Source: an uncultured Acidobacteriota bacterium (lineage in GTDB: Bacteria > Acidobacteriota > Thermoanaerobaculia > UBA5066). From it: a stretch of DNA of 64,000 nucleotides. Numbering within the stretch: the first letter of the stretch is position 1; the number at the start of each line of letters is the position of its first letter. Below the pieces are notes generated by a model. That model was not told the origin of the DNA. It did no database searches and was given only the letters and a program-made list of their open reading frames with translations. Where the stretch lies: contig CAVZYA010000001.1 in NCBI GenBank assembly GCA_963779415.1, positions 736,001-800,000 on the forward strand, in the 5' to 3' direction. This document shows, in pieces, positions 53,291-63,789 of the stretch. The translations under genes and the position numbers were made by a program.

Positions 53291-55036
53291 TCATCGCAAG
53301 CGCAGAGCAAATATCGCGGCGACGACCATGAGAAGACTGAGCAGACCCAGTGCCCATGGCTGCAATGTGGGAATGCTCGCCGGCGGCGCAACGCCGGCAA
53401 CCGTAACGCTCGCCGAGGCCGGGCTGCCCGTACCGCCTTCAACCGAGGTCACCGTACTGGTCGAATTGTTCTGCGTTCCCGGGGCGCTGCCGGTCACGTT
53501 TACGCTGAAGGTGCACGAGGCGGTCGCCGCAAGTGTTGCGCCCGTCAAGCTGGCGGAACCCGACCCGGCGGTCGCCGTGATCGTGCCGCCGCCGCAGCTC
53601 CCGGTGAGACCGTTCGGGGTCGAGACGACGAGGCCTGCCGGGAGGGAGTCGGTGAAGCCGACGCCGGTCAACGCCGTGGATCCGTTGGGATTGCTGATCG
53701 TGAAGCTGAGCGATGTCGACCCGCCTAGCGGAATGCTCGCCGCGCCAAAGGACTTCGCGATCGTCGGCGGGGCGATCGCAACCACGGAGAGACTCGCCGT
53801 CGCCGTGTTGCCCGTTCCCCCTTCGACCGAGGTCACCGCTCCGGTCGTGTTCGTCTTCGTTCCCGGCGTCGTGCCGGTCACGTTGACGCTGAAGGTGCAC
53901 GAGGCGCTTCCTGTGAGGGTCGCCCCCGTGAGACTGGCGGCGCCCGACCCTGCGGTTGCCGTGATCGTCCCGCCACCGCAGCTACCGGTGAGCCCGTTCG
54001 GCGTCGAGATCACGAGGCCTGCCGGAAACGTGTCGGTGAACCCGACGCCGGTCAGGCCGCTGCCGACATTGGGATTGCTGATCGTGAAAGTGAGCGAGGT
54101 CGACCCGTTCAGGGGGATGCTCGCCGCACCGAACGACTTCCCGATCGTCGGCGGCGCCGTCGGAGCAGCGAAACCGCGCACCTCAAAGACCTGGTTGCTG
54201 CCGCCGAACGTCGAAAAGAAGAAGTCGCCGGTCACCGGGTCGATGGCCGCACCCTCGGCCCCGGTCAAGCCGGAGATGAAGGTCTGCCGCGACGCGGGAA
54301 CGGGATTGCCGTTCGCATCGATGGGGTAGCTCCCGACGCTACCGCTGCCATATTCCGAGACGAGCATGCTCTGGCTGGAGAAGAGCGGGGAGCCGAGCGG
54401 GACGTAGATGAACCCCTCCGGGCCGCACGTCGAACTGCACGTGTTCAACGTCGTCTCCAGCGTGGCGCTGCCGAGATTGAAGCCCCCGCTGCCGTCCGAG
54501 GTCAGCGGGACGGTATAGAACCCGTTGCCGCTGTAGCTGACGACCTTAAACTGGCCGGCCCCGTCGTGGCCGGCGGGAACGAAGTTCGCAGCGCCCACCG
54601 AGGACGCGATTCCGAGCGCCGTGAGCCCGACCGTCTTGTAATCGCTGGCATAGGTCGGCGGCAGTACTTCACCCATGTTGTTTACGGGGTATTCGGTGTA
54701 GAACAAAACGCCCCCCGGGCCGAACGCGATGCCGCCGTCGTTATAGGTGCCGAAACCCAGAGCCGTGGCCGCACCCAGGGAGACGACGTGATTGCCGGCG
54801 CCCCGGGTCACGGTCACCGAGTAAAAGAGCCCTGTGGAACCGTTGGCGGCGCCGCCGATCCAGATCGTGTTCGCATCCTTGAAAATCAGGCCTCCGTAAT
54901 CCGTCGGGAGTCCCGTGATCGAGCCGAGGTTCGTGATGGAGTAGGTTCCTGAATAGAAGGGATCCACCGTTTGAGCATTCGCGGCTTGCGACAGGCAGAC
55001 CAGCAGCAGTGGGTACAGGAGCCTCTGAGATTTCAT
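53291..55036 (-). CDS. Secreted Thr/Gly/Ser-rich surface protein with two tandem beta-rich repeats and an IPTL-CTERM sorting signal
   Basis: Signal peptide; two repeats of about 125 aa starting PPTIxKSFGAASIPL; C-terminal IPTLQPWAL + TM + RLR. Confidence 0.85.
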   Translation of the reverse strand: MKSQRLLYPLLLVCLSQAANAQTVDPFYSGTYSITNLGSITGLPTDYGGLIFKDANTIWIGGAANGSTGLFYSVTVTRGAGNHVVSLGAATALGFGTYNDGGIAFGPGGVLFYTEYPVNNMGEVLPPTYASDYKTVGLTALGIASSVGAANFVPAGHDGAGQFKVVSYSGNGFYTVPLTSDGSGGFNLGSATLETTLNTCSSTCGPEGFIYVPLGSPLFSSQSMLVSEYGSGSVGSYPIDANGNPVPASRQTFISGLTGAEGAAIDPVTGDFFFSTFGGSNQVFEVRGFAAPTAPPTIGKSFGAASIPLNGSTSLTFTISNPNVGSGLTGVGFTDTFPAGLVISTPNGLTGSCGGGTITATAGSGAASLTGATLTGSASCTFSVNVTGTTPGTKTNTTGAVTSVEGGTGNTATASLSVVAIAPPTIAKSFGAASIPLGGSTSLSFTISNPNGSTALTGVGFTDSLPAGLVVSTPNGLTGSCGGGTITATAGSGSASLTGATLAATASCTFSVNVTGSAPGTQNNSTSTVTSVEGGTGSPASASVTVAGVAPPASIPTLQPWALGLLSLLMVVAAIFALRLR

Positions 55037-55175
55037 ACGGTCTCTCTCCCTTCTGGGAATGGAATCTGAAAACGAAGGCCTCCGGGGAGTCAACTTGATC
55101 GCGATTGTACCTGTAAGGGAGCAGGAGCCAGCGGCTCGCGTCTCATGTATCCCATTACATTACAGGGACACGCTT

Positions 55176-57083
55176 CTACGCGAGGAAGGCCGTGACGAGG
55201 CGGTTCGCGACGAAAGCCCCGGTGTAGGCGAGGAGGGTCATCCAGGCGAACTGGATCGCCGGCCAGCGCCATCCTCCCGTCTCCCGCTTCACGACGGCGA
55301 TCGTGGAGATGCACTGCATCGCGAAGGCGAAGAAGACGAGGAGGGCCACCGCGCCCCCGGGGGTCAGGTCGTGCCTCAGAGCCGACTGCAGCCCCGCCGA
55401 GTGGGACTCCCCTGCCAGACCGTAGAGGGTGCCGAGAGTCCCGACGATGACCTCGCGCGCCGCGAGGGACGTCACGAGGCCGATGGCGATCTTCCAGTCG
55501 AACCCGAGAGGCCTGACGAGCGGCTCGAGGGCGCGCCCGAAGGTCCCCGTCACGCTGTCGGCGATCGCCGGGGGCTTCCCCCCCGAAAACGGGAGGTTCG
55601 AGAGGATCCAGAGCCCGACCGAGACCGCGAGGATCACGGTCCCCGCCCGCCAGAGGAAGATCTTCGCCCGGTCGTAGAGCCGGAGGCCGATCTGCCGGAG
55701 CGTCGGCCAGCGGTACGGCGGCATCTCCATCAGGAACGGAGTCCCCTCGCTCCGGAGGATCGAGGACTTCAGAAGCCGGGCCGTCACGAATGCCGCGGCG
55801 AACCCGAGGAGGTAGAGGCCGAGAAGCGCCGCGGCCCGCGTCCCCAGGAAGAAGCCGAGGAGCGGCCTCTCGGGGATGAAGGCCGCGATGATGAGCGTGT
55901 AGACGGGAAGCCGCGCCGAGCAGGTCATGAAGGGGGCGATGAGGATCGTCGCGATCCGGTCGCGCCGGTTTTCGATCGTCCGTGTCGCGAGGACCGCCGG
56001 AACGGCGCAGGCATAGGCCGAAAGGAGCGGCAGGAACGACTTTCCCTGGAGCCCCGCCCTCGACATCGTCCGGTCCGCGATGAGCGCGGCGCGGGCGAGG
56101 TAGCCCGAGTCCTCGAGCAGGCCGATGAAGAGGAAGAGAAGGAGAATCTGCGGCAGGAAGACGACGACCGAACCGACGCCTCCCAGGACTCCGCCCACGA
56201 CCAGCTCCCTGAGGAGCGAAGGCGGGAGGGCGGAGCCGATCCACGAGCCGCACGCGGAGACTCCCCGGTCGATCAGGTCCATCATCGGCCGGGCCACCGT
56301 GAAGATCGTCTGGAAGACCGCGATGACGACGAGGGCGAAGATCGAAGGTCCCGCGACCGGATGGAGGAAGACGTCATCCAGACGGCGCGTCCAGACCGGA
56401 GGCGCGGGGGGCGAGTAGCCCGCCTTGTCGCCGAGACGCCCGGCCCACTGCCGGCATTTCGGGACGTCCTGAAGGGACGGCAGGTCCAGGGACGCCGGGA
56501 TGCCCAGCTCCCCGCCGAGGAACTCGAGGACCGGCTCCAGCCCCTCGCCGCGCGACGCGGAGACGAGCGCGACCGGCGCCCCGAGCTGCGAGGCGAGAGC
56601 CTCCGGGTCGAGGTCGCCGCCGCGCGCGTGGAGCTCGTCGGCCATGTTGAGAACGACGATCGTCGGGAGGCCCAGCGCGAGAACCGAAGCCGCGAGGACG
56701 AGGTGCCGCTTCAGGTTCGTCGCGTCGAGGATCAGAAGGACCGCGTCGGGCCGGGGCGTCCCTTCCATCGTCCCCGCGAGGACGTCGTACGTCACCCGCT
56801 CGTCCTCGGAGCGCGCCACGAGGCTGTAGACACCCGGAAGGTCGATCAGGACGATGTCCCGGCCGGAGGCGATCCGCGCGAGGCCCCGGCGTTCCTCCAC
56901 GGTCACGCCGGGGAAGTTCGCCACCTTCTGGCGAAGCCCCGTGAGCCGGTTGAAGAGGGTCGATTTTCCGGAGTTCGGCGGGCCGACCAGCGCGACGAAG
57001 CGGTGCGGATCGTGCGCGGCCGGCGGGGCCGGCGGCACGCCGAGCCCTCCAGCCGGCGTCTCCCGAACCTGAAGCTCGCTCAC
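55176..57083 (-). CDS. feoB: Ferrous iron transporter FeoB
   Basis: GPPNSGKS, VANFPGVTVE, DLPG, NMAD, LEDSGY, CSARLP, QC.ST. Confidence 0.95.
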   Translation of the reverse strand: MSELQVRETPAGGLGVPPAPPAAHDPHRFVALVGPPNSGKSTLFNRLTGLRQKVANFPGVTVEERRGLARIASGRDIVLIDLPGVYSLVARSEDERVTYDVLAGTMEGTPRPDAVLLILDATNLKRHLVLAASVLALGLPTIVVLNMADELHARGGDLDPEALASQLGAPVALVSASRGEGLEPVLEFLGGELGIPASLDLPSLQDVPKCRQWAGRLGDKAGYSPPAPPVWTRRLDDVFLHPVAGPSIFALVVIAVFQTIFTVARPMMDLIDRGVSACGSWIGSALPPSLLRELVVGGVLGGVGSVVVFLPQILLLFLFIGLLEDSGYLARAALIADRTMSRAGLQGKSFLPLLSAYACAVPAVLATRTIENRRDRIATILIAPFMTCSARLPVYTLIIAAFIPERPLLGFFLGTRAAALLGLYLLGFAAAFVTARLLKSSILRSEGTPFLMEMPPYRWPTLRQIGLRLYDRAKIFLWRAGTVILAVSVGLWILSNLPFSGGKPPAIADSVTGTFGRALEPLVRPLGFDWKIAIGLVTSLAAREVIVGTLGTLYGLAGESHSAGLQSALRHDLTPGGAVALLVFFAFAMQCISTIAVVKRETGGWRWPAIQFAWMTLLAYTGAFVANRLVTAFLA

Positions 57084-57343
57084 GCCGCTGCCGCCGCGCG
57101 AAGGCGGACCCGGGCCGCCGTCGACTTGCGGAGCGCGAACTCGGAGCCGTCCACGCGGAAGACGCGAGGGTCGCCTCCGGGCGCCGAGGGCCCCGCGACG
57201 ACGCGGGCCCCCGGGACGAAGCCGAGCTCCATCAGCCGGCGTGCGTCCGGCTCCGCGAGGTCGAAGGCCTCGACCATCCCCTCTTCCCCGCGCCGGAGGT
57301 CCGCGAGGGTCTGCGGGGCGATCTTCTTGAGACGGCGTCTCAT
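57080..57343 (-). CDS. feoA: FeoA
   Basis: RRLMELGF.PG, APGGDP, ALR; directly upstream of feoB. Confidence 0.9.
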   Translation of the reverse strand: MRRRLKKIAPQTLADLRRGEEGMVEAFDLAEPDARRLMELGFVPGARVVAGPSAPGGDPRVFRVDGSEFALRKSTAARVRLRAAAAA

Positions 57344-57453
57344 CAGACCCCATTATGGGACAAACCCGGCCTCTTGGCGACTGATGCAGATGTTCCACCT
57401 CGAAGACGACCTCTTCCGGCGCCCAGCGAGGCCCGGGGGGTAGAGTTCCCCCG

Positions 57454-58569
57454 ATGGAAGCGCTCCGGCGCCTCGCCCTCGCGGCCGCCCTCCTTCTCCC
57501 GGCGCCCCTCCCGGCCGCGGACGGTCCCGACGTCGTCCTCTACCTCGTCGGGGACGCGGGAAGGAAGGTGGCCGAGTCGTCCCTCGTCTTCCGGCCGCTC
57601 GCGGCCGAGGCGGCCCGCGACGCTCCCCGGAGCGTGGTGGTGATCCTCGGCGACAACGTCTACCCGGCCGGCCTCCCGGCTCCCGGAAGCCCGGACCGCT
57701 CGGAGATGGAGTCGCGCCTCGAATCGCAGCTCGTCGCCGCCCGCGCCGCCGGCCGCGGCCTCGTCGTCCCTGGAAACCACGACTGGGCACACTGGACGGC
57801 GGACGGCTGGAACGGGATCCGGAGGGAGGAGGCGTTCGTCCGCGAGCACGGCGGTGCCACCGTCACCTTCGCTCCGCCGGGGGGATGCCCCGGGCCCGTC
57901 GTCCTCGACGTCGGCAGCAAGGTGCGGCTGATCGTTCTCGACACCCAGTGGTGGCTCCACGAGTACGAGAAGCCGGAGGGCCCCTCGTCCCCGTGTGCCG
58001 AGAAGAGCGAAGAGGATGTCGTCACGGCGCTCCGGGAGGCGCTCTGGACCGCGGGATCGAGGCGGACGGTCGTCCTCGCGCACCATCCGCTCGAGGGGGG
58101 CGGCCTCTCCGGCTCGCACTTCACCTGGCAGGACCACATCTTCCCGCTCACCCCCTTCGTCCCCTGGCTCTGGCTCCCGCTGCCGGTTTTCGGCTCCCTG
58201 ACGGTCGCCGGGCGGATCGCGTTCGCCAACCAGCAGTTCGAAATGGCCCCGAAGTACCGGAACCTGGAGGAAAAGATGACCCGGGCCTTCGACCCGGTTC
58301 CCCCCTTCATCTGGGCGGCGGGGCACGACCACAGCCTGCAGGTCATCCGCCTTCCGGAGAAGAGCCGGATCTGGAACCTCGTCAGCGGGGCGGGCGGAGG
58401 CACGAAGAGCGTGACCCCGGTCCGGAAGATCGACGGGACGATCTTCTGCCGCAGCGTGCCGGGCTACATGAAGATCGTCTTCGAGAAGAGCGGCCGCGTG
58501 CGCCTCGCCGTCGTCGCAATCCCGGCCCCCGGGAAGAGCGAGACGATCTTCGCCGCTCCCCTCGACTGA
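57454..58569 (+). CDS. Secreted metallophosphoesterase
   Basis: GDAG, GDNVY, GNHDW, HHP, GHDH. Confidence 0.88.
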   Translation: MEALRRLALAAALLLPAPLPAADGPDVVLYLVGDAGRKVAESSLVFRPLAAEAARDAPRSVVVILGDNVYPAGLPAPGSPDRSEMESRLESQLVAARAAGRGLVVPGNHDWAHWTADGWNGIRREEAFVREHGGATVTFAPPGGCPGPVVLDVGSKVRLIVLDTQWWLHEYEKPEGPSSPCAEKSEEDVVTALREALWTAGSRRTVVLAHHPLEGGGLSGSHFTWQDHIFPLTPFVPWLWLPLPVFGSLTVAGRIAFANQQFEMAPKYRNLEEKMTRAFDPVPPFIWAAGHDHSLQVIRLPEKSRIWNLVSGAGGGTKSVTPVRKIDGTIFCRSVPGYMKIVFEKSGRVRLAVVAIPAPGKSETIFAAPLD

Positions 58570-58614
58570 GCCGCCGGAACGGCCCCCCGTGACAAGCTCC
58601 GCGCGGGAGGAGCC

Positions 58615-59184
58615 ATGCGCCATCTCGTGAAGTACTTCGTCCGCGGGCTGATCGTCTTCGTCCCCGCCGCCGTCTCCCTCCTCGTCCTCTGGAGCGTCTT
58701 CGTGAAGCTGGACGGGATTCTCGGGATCCCCTTCCCCGGCGCGGGCCTTCTCGCGACGATCGCTCTCGTGACGCTCGTCGGCTTCCTCGCCTCGAACTTC
58801 GTCACCCGGCGCGCCTTCGAGGTCCTGGACCGCGTCTTCCAGCGCGTCCCCCTCGTGAAGCTCGTCTACGGCGCCGTCCGCGACGTCGTGAACGCCTTCG
58901 TCGGCGAGAAGCGGGGGTTCGACCGGCCGGTCTCCTTCTCGCTCGGAGGCGCCGACGCGCCGAAGCTCCTCGGCTTCGCGACGCGGGAGTCCCTCGAAGC
59001 CGTCGGCCTCGAGGGGCACGTGGCCGTCTACGTCCCGCAGTCCTATGCATTCGCCGGGCACGTCTTCCTCGTTCCGCGCGCGCAGGTCTCGCCGCTTGCC
59101 GTCGCCAGCGCCGACGCGATGGCCTTCATCGTCTCGGGCGGAGTCTCCGGGCTCGGGGTGGTGCCCTCCCCGACGCGCGGCTAG
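58615..59184 (+). CDS. DUF502 membrane protein
   Basis: F.RGL, RVPLVK.VY, VYVPQS, FIVSGG. Confidence 0.85.
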   Translation: MRHLVKYFVRGLIVFVPAAVSLLVLWSVFVKLDGILGIPFPGAGLLATIALVTLVGFLASNFVTRRAFEVLDRVFQRVPLVKLVYGAVRDVVNAFVGEKRGFDRPVSFSLGGADAPKLLGFATRESLEAVGLEGHVAVYVPQSYAFAGHVFLVPRAQVSPLAVASADAMAFIVSGGVSGLGVVPSPTRG

Positions 59185-59217
59185 ACTCCCCCCCTGGAAA
59201 GCGAAGGACACGACGCG

Positions 59218-60306
59218 ATGGGGACGATGATCGTCACGGGAGGGGCCGGCTTCATCGGCTCGAACTTCGTCCGGATGGCGCTTGCACGGACCGGCGACAG
59301 GGTCGTCGTCTTCGACAAGCTGACGTACGCCGGAAACCTCGAGAGCCTCGCGGAGGTCGCCTCCCACCCCCGTTATGCCTTCGTCCGGGGCGACATCGCC
59401 CACCGCGATTCCGTCCGGACCCTCTTCCGCGAAACGGCCCCGACCTCCGTCGTCAACTTCGCCGCGGAGAGCCACGTCGACCGATCCATCGACGACCCCG
59501 GCGCCTTCGTCCGGACGAACATCGGCGGGACGTACGAGCTCCTGGAAGCGGCGCGCGGGTTTCTCGCTTCCGCTCCGGACGAAGAGCGCCGGAGCTTCCG
59601 GTTCCTCCACGTCTCCACCGACGAGGTCTACGGCTCTCTCGGCCCGACGGGCGCCTTCACGGAGGAGACGCCGTACGCCCCGAACTCCCCGTATGCCGCC
59701 TCGAAGGCGGCCGCCGACCACCTCGTCCGGGCCTGGCGCGAGACGTACGGCCTTCCGACGCTGATCACGAACTGCTCGAACAACTACGGGCCGTTCCAGT
59801 TTCCCGAGAAGCTGATCCCCCTGATGCTCCTCAACGCTGTCGAGGCAAAGCCGCTTCCGATCTACGGCGACGGCGGAAACGTACGCGACTGGCTCTATGT
59901 CGAGGACCACTGCGAAGGGATCCTCTCGGTCCTGTCGCGAGGCGAGCCGGGAGGCCGGTACAACATCGGCGGGCACGGCGAGCGGACGAACCTCGAGCTC
60001 GTCGACCTCCTCTGCGCCCTTCTCGAACAGCAGCGGCCGGCGCGCGACAACCCCGCCCTCCGCGCGAAGGGCCTGACCTCCTACAAAGAACTCAAGAGCT
60101 TCGTGAAGGACCGCCCAGGGCACGACCGCCGCTACGCGATCGACTCCTCGAAGATCCGGCGCGAACTGGGCTGGGCGCCCGGGCACGACCTCGCCTCCGG
60201 CCTCGCCGCCACGGTCGGCTGGTACCTCGCGAATGCCGCCTGGTGCGACTCCGTGCAGTCCGGCCGCTACAAGCGCGAGCGGCTGGGGCTGGCGACGGCG
60301 GGCTGA
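59218..60306 (+). CDS. rfbB: dTDP-glucose 4,6-dehydratase
   Basis: TGGAGFIG, DKLTYAGN, AAESHVDRSI, STDEVYG, YAASK, DRPGHDRRY. Confidence 0.96.
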   Translation: MGTMIVTGGAGFIGSNFVRMALARTGDRVVVFDKLTYAGNLESLAEVASHPRYAFVRGDIAHRDSVRTLFRETAPTSVVNFAAESHVDRSIDDPGAFVRTNIGGTYELLEAARGFLASAPDEERRSFRFLHVSTDEVYGSLGPTGAFTEETPYAPNSPYAASKAAADHLVRAWRETYGLPTLITNCSNNYGPFQFPEKLIPLMLLNAVEAKPLPIYGDGGNVRDWLYVEDHCEGILSVLSRGEPGGRYNIGGHGERTNLELVDLLCALLEQQRPARDNPALRAKGLTSYKELKSFVKDRPGHDRRYAIDSSKIRRELGWAPGHDLASGLAATVGWYLANAAWCDSVQSGRYKRERLGLATAG

Positions 60307-61618
60307 TGCACGGGAACGCCCGCAAGGAGATTCTGGCCGCCGTTCTGCTTCTCCTGGCCGGGTTCCTCATCCGGCTGGCTCTCTCGAGCCGGACGGCGCC
60401 CACCGGGGACAGCCTCCGGTTCCTCTCCCAGGCCGAGGACCTCGCGGCCGGCTCCACGTTCCTGGTTCCGGGGGACCTCTTCTCGGCCGTCCCTCCCGGC
60501 TACCCGCTCTTCCTCCGGGCGGCGGGCTGGATGAGGCCCGGAGTGGAGTTCCTTCTCCGCGTTCAGCTCCTCCTCTCGGTCCTGACGCTTCTCCTCGTCT
60601 GGCTCGCCGCCCGGCGCCTGTCCCGTACGGGAGCCCTCGTGGCGCTGGCCCTTCTCGCCTTCAACCCCTGGCTCGCGCGTCAGCAGGCCCTCGTCATGTC
60701 GGAGACGCTCGGAGCCTTTCTGGTAGCGGTGACGGTCCTGCTCTGGCCCGCGCCCGGGCGCTCGCTCTCGTCCCTCTCGGCTTTCGCCCTCGGCGCGCTG
60801 GCCGTGGGATCATCTCTCGTGGCACCGGCAGCCGCCTTCGTGGCCGTTCCCGTTCTGGGGGTCCTCGCCTGGCAGAGCCGCCGCGACGCCGCCGTGGTGG
60901 GCCTGATCGCTGCCGGAATGATCCTGGTCCTCGCTCCCTGGCAGATCTACCTCTTGAGAAGGACCGGCCGCGTGGAGCCCTTCCTCCTCCACCCCATACT
61001 CTCCCGAAAAACGGGGCTCCAGCTCTGGCTCCGGACCTGGTCCACCACGCCCGATGACAAAGGGGTCTGGTGGAGCGAGGAGACGCGCCGCGACCTTCCC
61101 GAGCGGCTCCTCGGAGAAGGTCCGGACCGGAATCTCATCCAAAAGGCGCTGGAGGAGGCCCCGTACGCCTACGCCGGATACGTCATCGGCAGCGGCTACG
61201 ACGAGACCTTCCGCGAGGCAGCGAGAGAGAGAAAGCCGAGCATCCGGTCCTCTACTGGATCGGTCTCCCGCTCGCAAGGTCCGTCACGCTCTGGCTGGAC
61301 TATCGATCGATGATCGGGATACCGGAGTACCTCCGACGAGCCGGGGGCTTCTTCCATCTCTCGTACTGGGGGACCCACATCGCCTTCTGGAGCGTGAATC
61401 TCCTGACGCTCGGGCTCCTCGGCTGGGGGACCTTACGGGCCGTCCGGTCGAAGGACGCTCTCCTCCTCGCCGTCTTCGCCGGGGCCGTTCTCTATTCCCT
61501 CGCGAGCGCGGCCACGGCCATGGGCGAGTTCCGGAGGAACCTGACGATCGAGCCCGCCCTCGCCCTTCTGGTCTGCGCCCCACCGGTGAGCGGGCGCCCG
61601 CAGGAGCCGGCCTCGTGA
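60306..61618 (+). CDS. Polytopic membrane protein, probable GT-C glycosyltransferase, frameshift near 61230
   Basis: GDS..F, PPGYPLF, MSETL, PW..Y, C-terminal E.R; two overlapping ORFs. Confidence 0.65.
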
Positions 61619-62424
61619 CGGCCTTCGAGTTCTTCCTCTTCTCGACCGACCCGGCGACAGTCTCGAGCCACACCGAGGCCGGCGTCGACGGATTCATCGT
61701 CGACTGGGAGAGCAAGGGGAAGGAGACGCGGCAGTCCGGCGCGGACACGGAGATCAACCACGACACGTCCGAAGATCTCCGGCGGGTGCGGGCCGCGACG
61801 AAGGCCCGCCTCCTGTGCCGCCTGAATCAGCCCGGCCCCTGGACGCCCGGAGAGATCGAGGAGGCCGTCGCCGGCGGGGCCGACGAGCTCCTCCTCCCGA
61901 TGGTGCGGAATCCGAAGGAGGTCCTCGAGGCGATTCGGCTCGCGTCGGGGCGATGTGGCGTCGGCATTCTCGTCGAGACCCTCGATGCCGTCCGCTGCGC
62001 ACACGAGCTGGCCCGCCTCCCGCTCAGCCGCGTCTACGTCGGCCTGAACGATCTCTCCATCGAACGGGGGTCGCGATCGATCTTCGAGTCCCTCACGGAC
62101 GGCCTCGTCGACGGGATTCGGCCGCATTTCACGGTCCCGTTCGGCCTCGCGGGGCTGACCCTTCCGGAGTGCGGGAGGCCGATTCCGTGCCGCCTCCTGA
62201 TCGGCGAGCTGGCCCGACTCTCGTGCCGCTTCAGCTTTCTGCGCCGGTCGTGGCGGCGCGACACGGCCGGACGCGACCCCCGGGTCGAGGTTCCCCGGGT
62301 CAGGGCCGCGATCGAATGCGCCGGAAGGCGGAGCGCAACGGAGATCTCCCGGGATCGCGCGGAGCTGCTCGAGACCGTCGAGGCTGTCGCAGCCGGTGAC
62401 GCGGATCCGAGAGCGATCCCTTGA
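61615..62424 (+). CDS. HpcH/HpaI aldolase / citrate lyase-like TIM-barrel protein
   Basis: VDWE..GK..RQ...DT, LLPM, LVET, YVGLNDL. Confidence 0.75.
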   Translation: MTAFEFFLFSTDPATVSSHTEAGVDGFIVDWESKGKETRQSGADTEINHDTSEDLRRVRAATKARLLCRLNQPGPWTPGEIEEAVAGGADELLLPMVRNPKEVLEAIRLASGRCGVGILVETLDAVRCAHELARLPLSRVYVGLNDLSIERGSRSIFESLTDGLVDGIRPHFTVPFGLAGLTLPECGRPIPCRLLIGELARLSCRFSFLRRSWRRDTAGRDPRVEVPRVRAAIECAGRRSATEISRDRAELLETVEAVAAGDADPRAIP

Positions 62425-63137
62425 CGGGGCCCGGAACGAGTGGCGCCCCTGGAGTGAGGGCGGAGGTCAGCGTCGTACTCCCCGTCTACCGCAACCGGAC
62501 GACGCTGGACGAGCTGCACCGGAAGCTCTCGGCGGCGCTCTCCGGGACGTCCCTGCCGTACGAGCTGATCTTCGTCGACGACGCCTGCCCCGAGGGGTCC
62601 GGTGCCGGGCTCGCCGAGCTCGCGGCGCGCGACTCGCGCGTCCGCGCGATCTCCCTTCCGCGGAACGTCGGACAGCAGCGGGCGGCGTGGCTCGGCCTTT
62701 CGGCCGCGAGCGGCGCCTGGACCGTCGTCATGGACGCGGACCTGCAGGACCCGCCCGAGGCGATTCCGACGCTCCTCTCGGCCGCGGCGCCCGGTGTCGA
62801 CGCCGTCCTCGCGGCCTGGACGGGACGCTACGAAGGGAAGGGACGCCTTCTCACCTCCCGGCTCTTCAAGATCCTTCGCGAGAAGCTGACCGGATATCCG
62901 CGGGACGCCGGGATGTTTTTCGCCCTTCGCCGGCCTCTCGTCGAGGAGATCCTGCGTCACGACGTTCCCCATCCCTTCCTCCCCTCCCTCATCGCCCTTT
63001 CGGGACGACGCTTCGTCACGGTTCCCATCGAGCGGGCGGCCCGCCCCAGCGGCGAATCGGCCTACTCGAAGAGCGCTCTTCTCCTCCGGGCCGCGCGGGA
63101 GATCGCCTACATCATCCGCAGAAGATGGAGCGGGTGA
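62421..63137 (+). CDS. Glycosyltransferase family 2 (DPM1/GtrB-like)
   Basis: SVVLPVY, FVDDA, RNVGQ, MDADLQDPPE. Confidence 0.9.
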   Translation: MTGPGTSGAPGVRAEVSVVLPVYRNRTTLDELHRKLSAALSGTSLPYELIFVDDACPEGSGAGLAELAARDSRVRAISLPRNVGQQRAAWLGLSAASGAWTVVMDADLQDPPEAIPTLLSAAAPGVDAVLAAWTGRYEGKGRLLTSRLFKILREKLTGYPRDAGMFFALRRPLVEEILRHDVPHPFLPSLIALSGRRFVTVPIERAARPSGESAYSKSALLLRAAREIAYIIRRRWSG

Positions 63138-63246
63138 TGGGGATCGAACGAGGGGGCACAACGAGGGAACGAGAACCACTCGAGAAAGGATGCGTCGCGT
63201 CCGCCCTCGTTCCTCCGTTCCCCGGTGCTACCATCCGCCCGGCGCA

Positions 63247-63789
63247 ATGGATCCCGAGTCGAACGCCGCCTCCGGTCCCCCAGGCCCGGATTCCCTCACG
63301 TTCGAGGCGCTCTACGACGAGCTGCACGCGCTCGCGCACCGGCAGATCCGGCGAGCGCGCCCCGGCGAAACCCTGCGCACGACGGCGCTCCTCCACGAGG
63401 CGTACCTCAAGCTCGCTCGCGGCACCTCCGTTAAGGATCGCACGCACTTCTTCTCTCTCGCGGCCCGTGCCATGCGACAGGTTCTCGTCGACCACGCGCG
63501 TAATCACGCGGCATTGAAGCGTGGCGCCGGGCGCCAGATCGCGACGCTCGGGGAGGTCGCATCCGAGGTCGAAACCGATGCCACCGAGCTGATGGCGATC
63601 GACGCCGCCCTCGAGAAGCTGCAGGGCGCGAACAAGCGTCTGGCGCGCGTCGTCGAGCTGCGCTTCTTCGGGGGCCTTTCGGTCGAGGAGACGGCGGAGG
63701 TGCTCGACGCATCGACCGCCACGGTCAAGCGTGACTGGCGGGCGGCGCGGGCGTTCCTGCTGGCGACGCTCTCCCCTCCTCCGCCGTGA
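63247..63789 (+). CDS. ECF sigma factor of the kinase-associated (ECF43-like) type
   Basis: YDEL..LA, TTALLHEAYLKL, MRQVLVDHAR, VVELRFFGGL, TVKRDW. Confidence 0.9.
   Translation: MDPESNAASGPPGPDSLTFEALYDELHALAHRQIRRARPGETLRTTALLHEAYLKLARGTSVKDRTHFFSLAARAMRQVLVDHARNHAALKRGAGRQIATLGEVASEVETDATELMAIDAALEKLQGANKRLARVVELRFFGGLSVEETAEVLDASTATVKRDWRAARAFLLATLSPPPP

Noticed and set aside
51753-54329. 858-aa + strand ORF with a repetitive Val/Pro-rich C-terminus
   Set aside because: Off-frame to the MFS gene and antisense to the IPTL-CTERM gene; the repeats mirror the real minus-strand repeats
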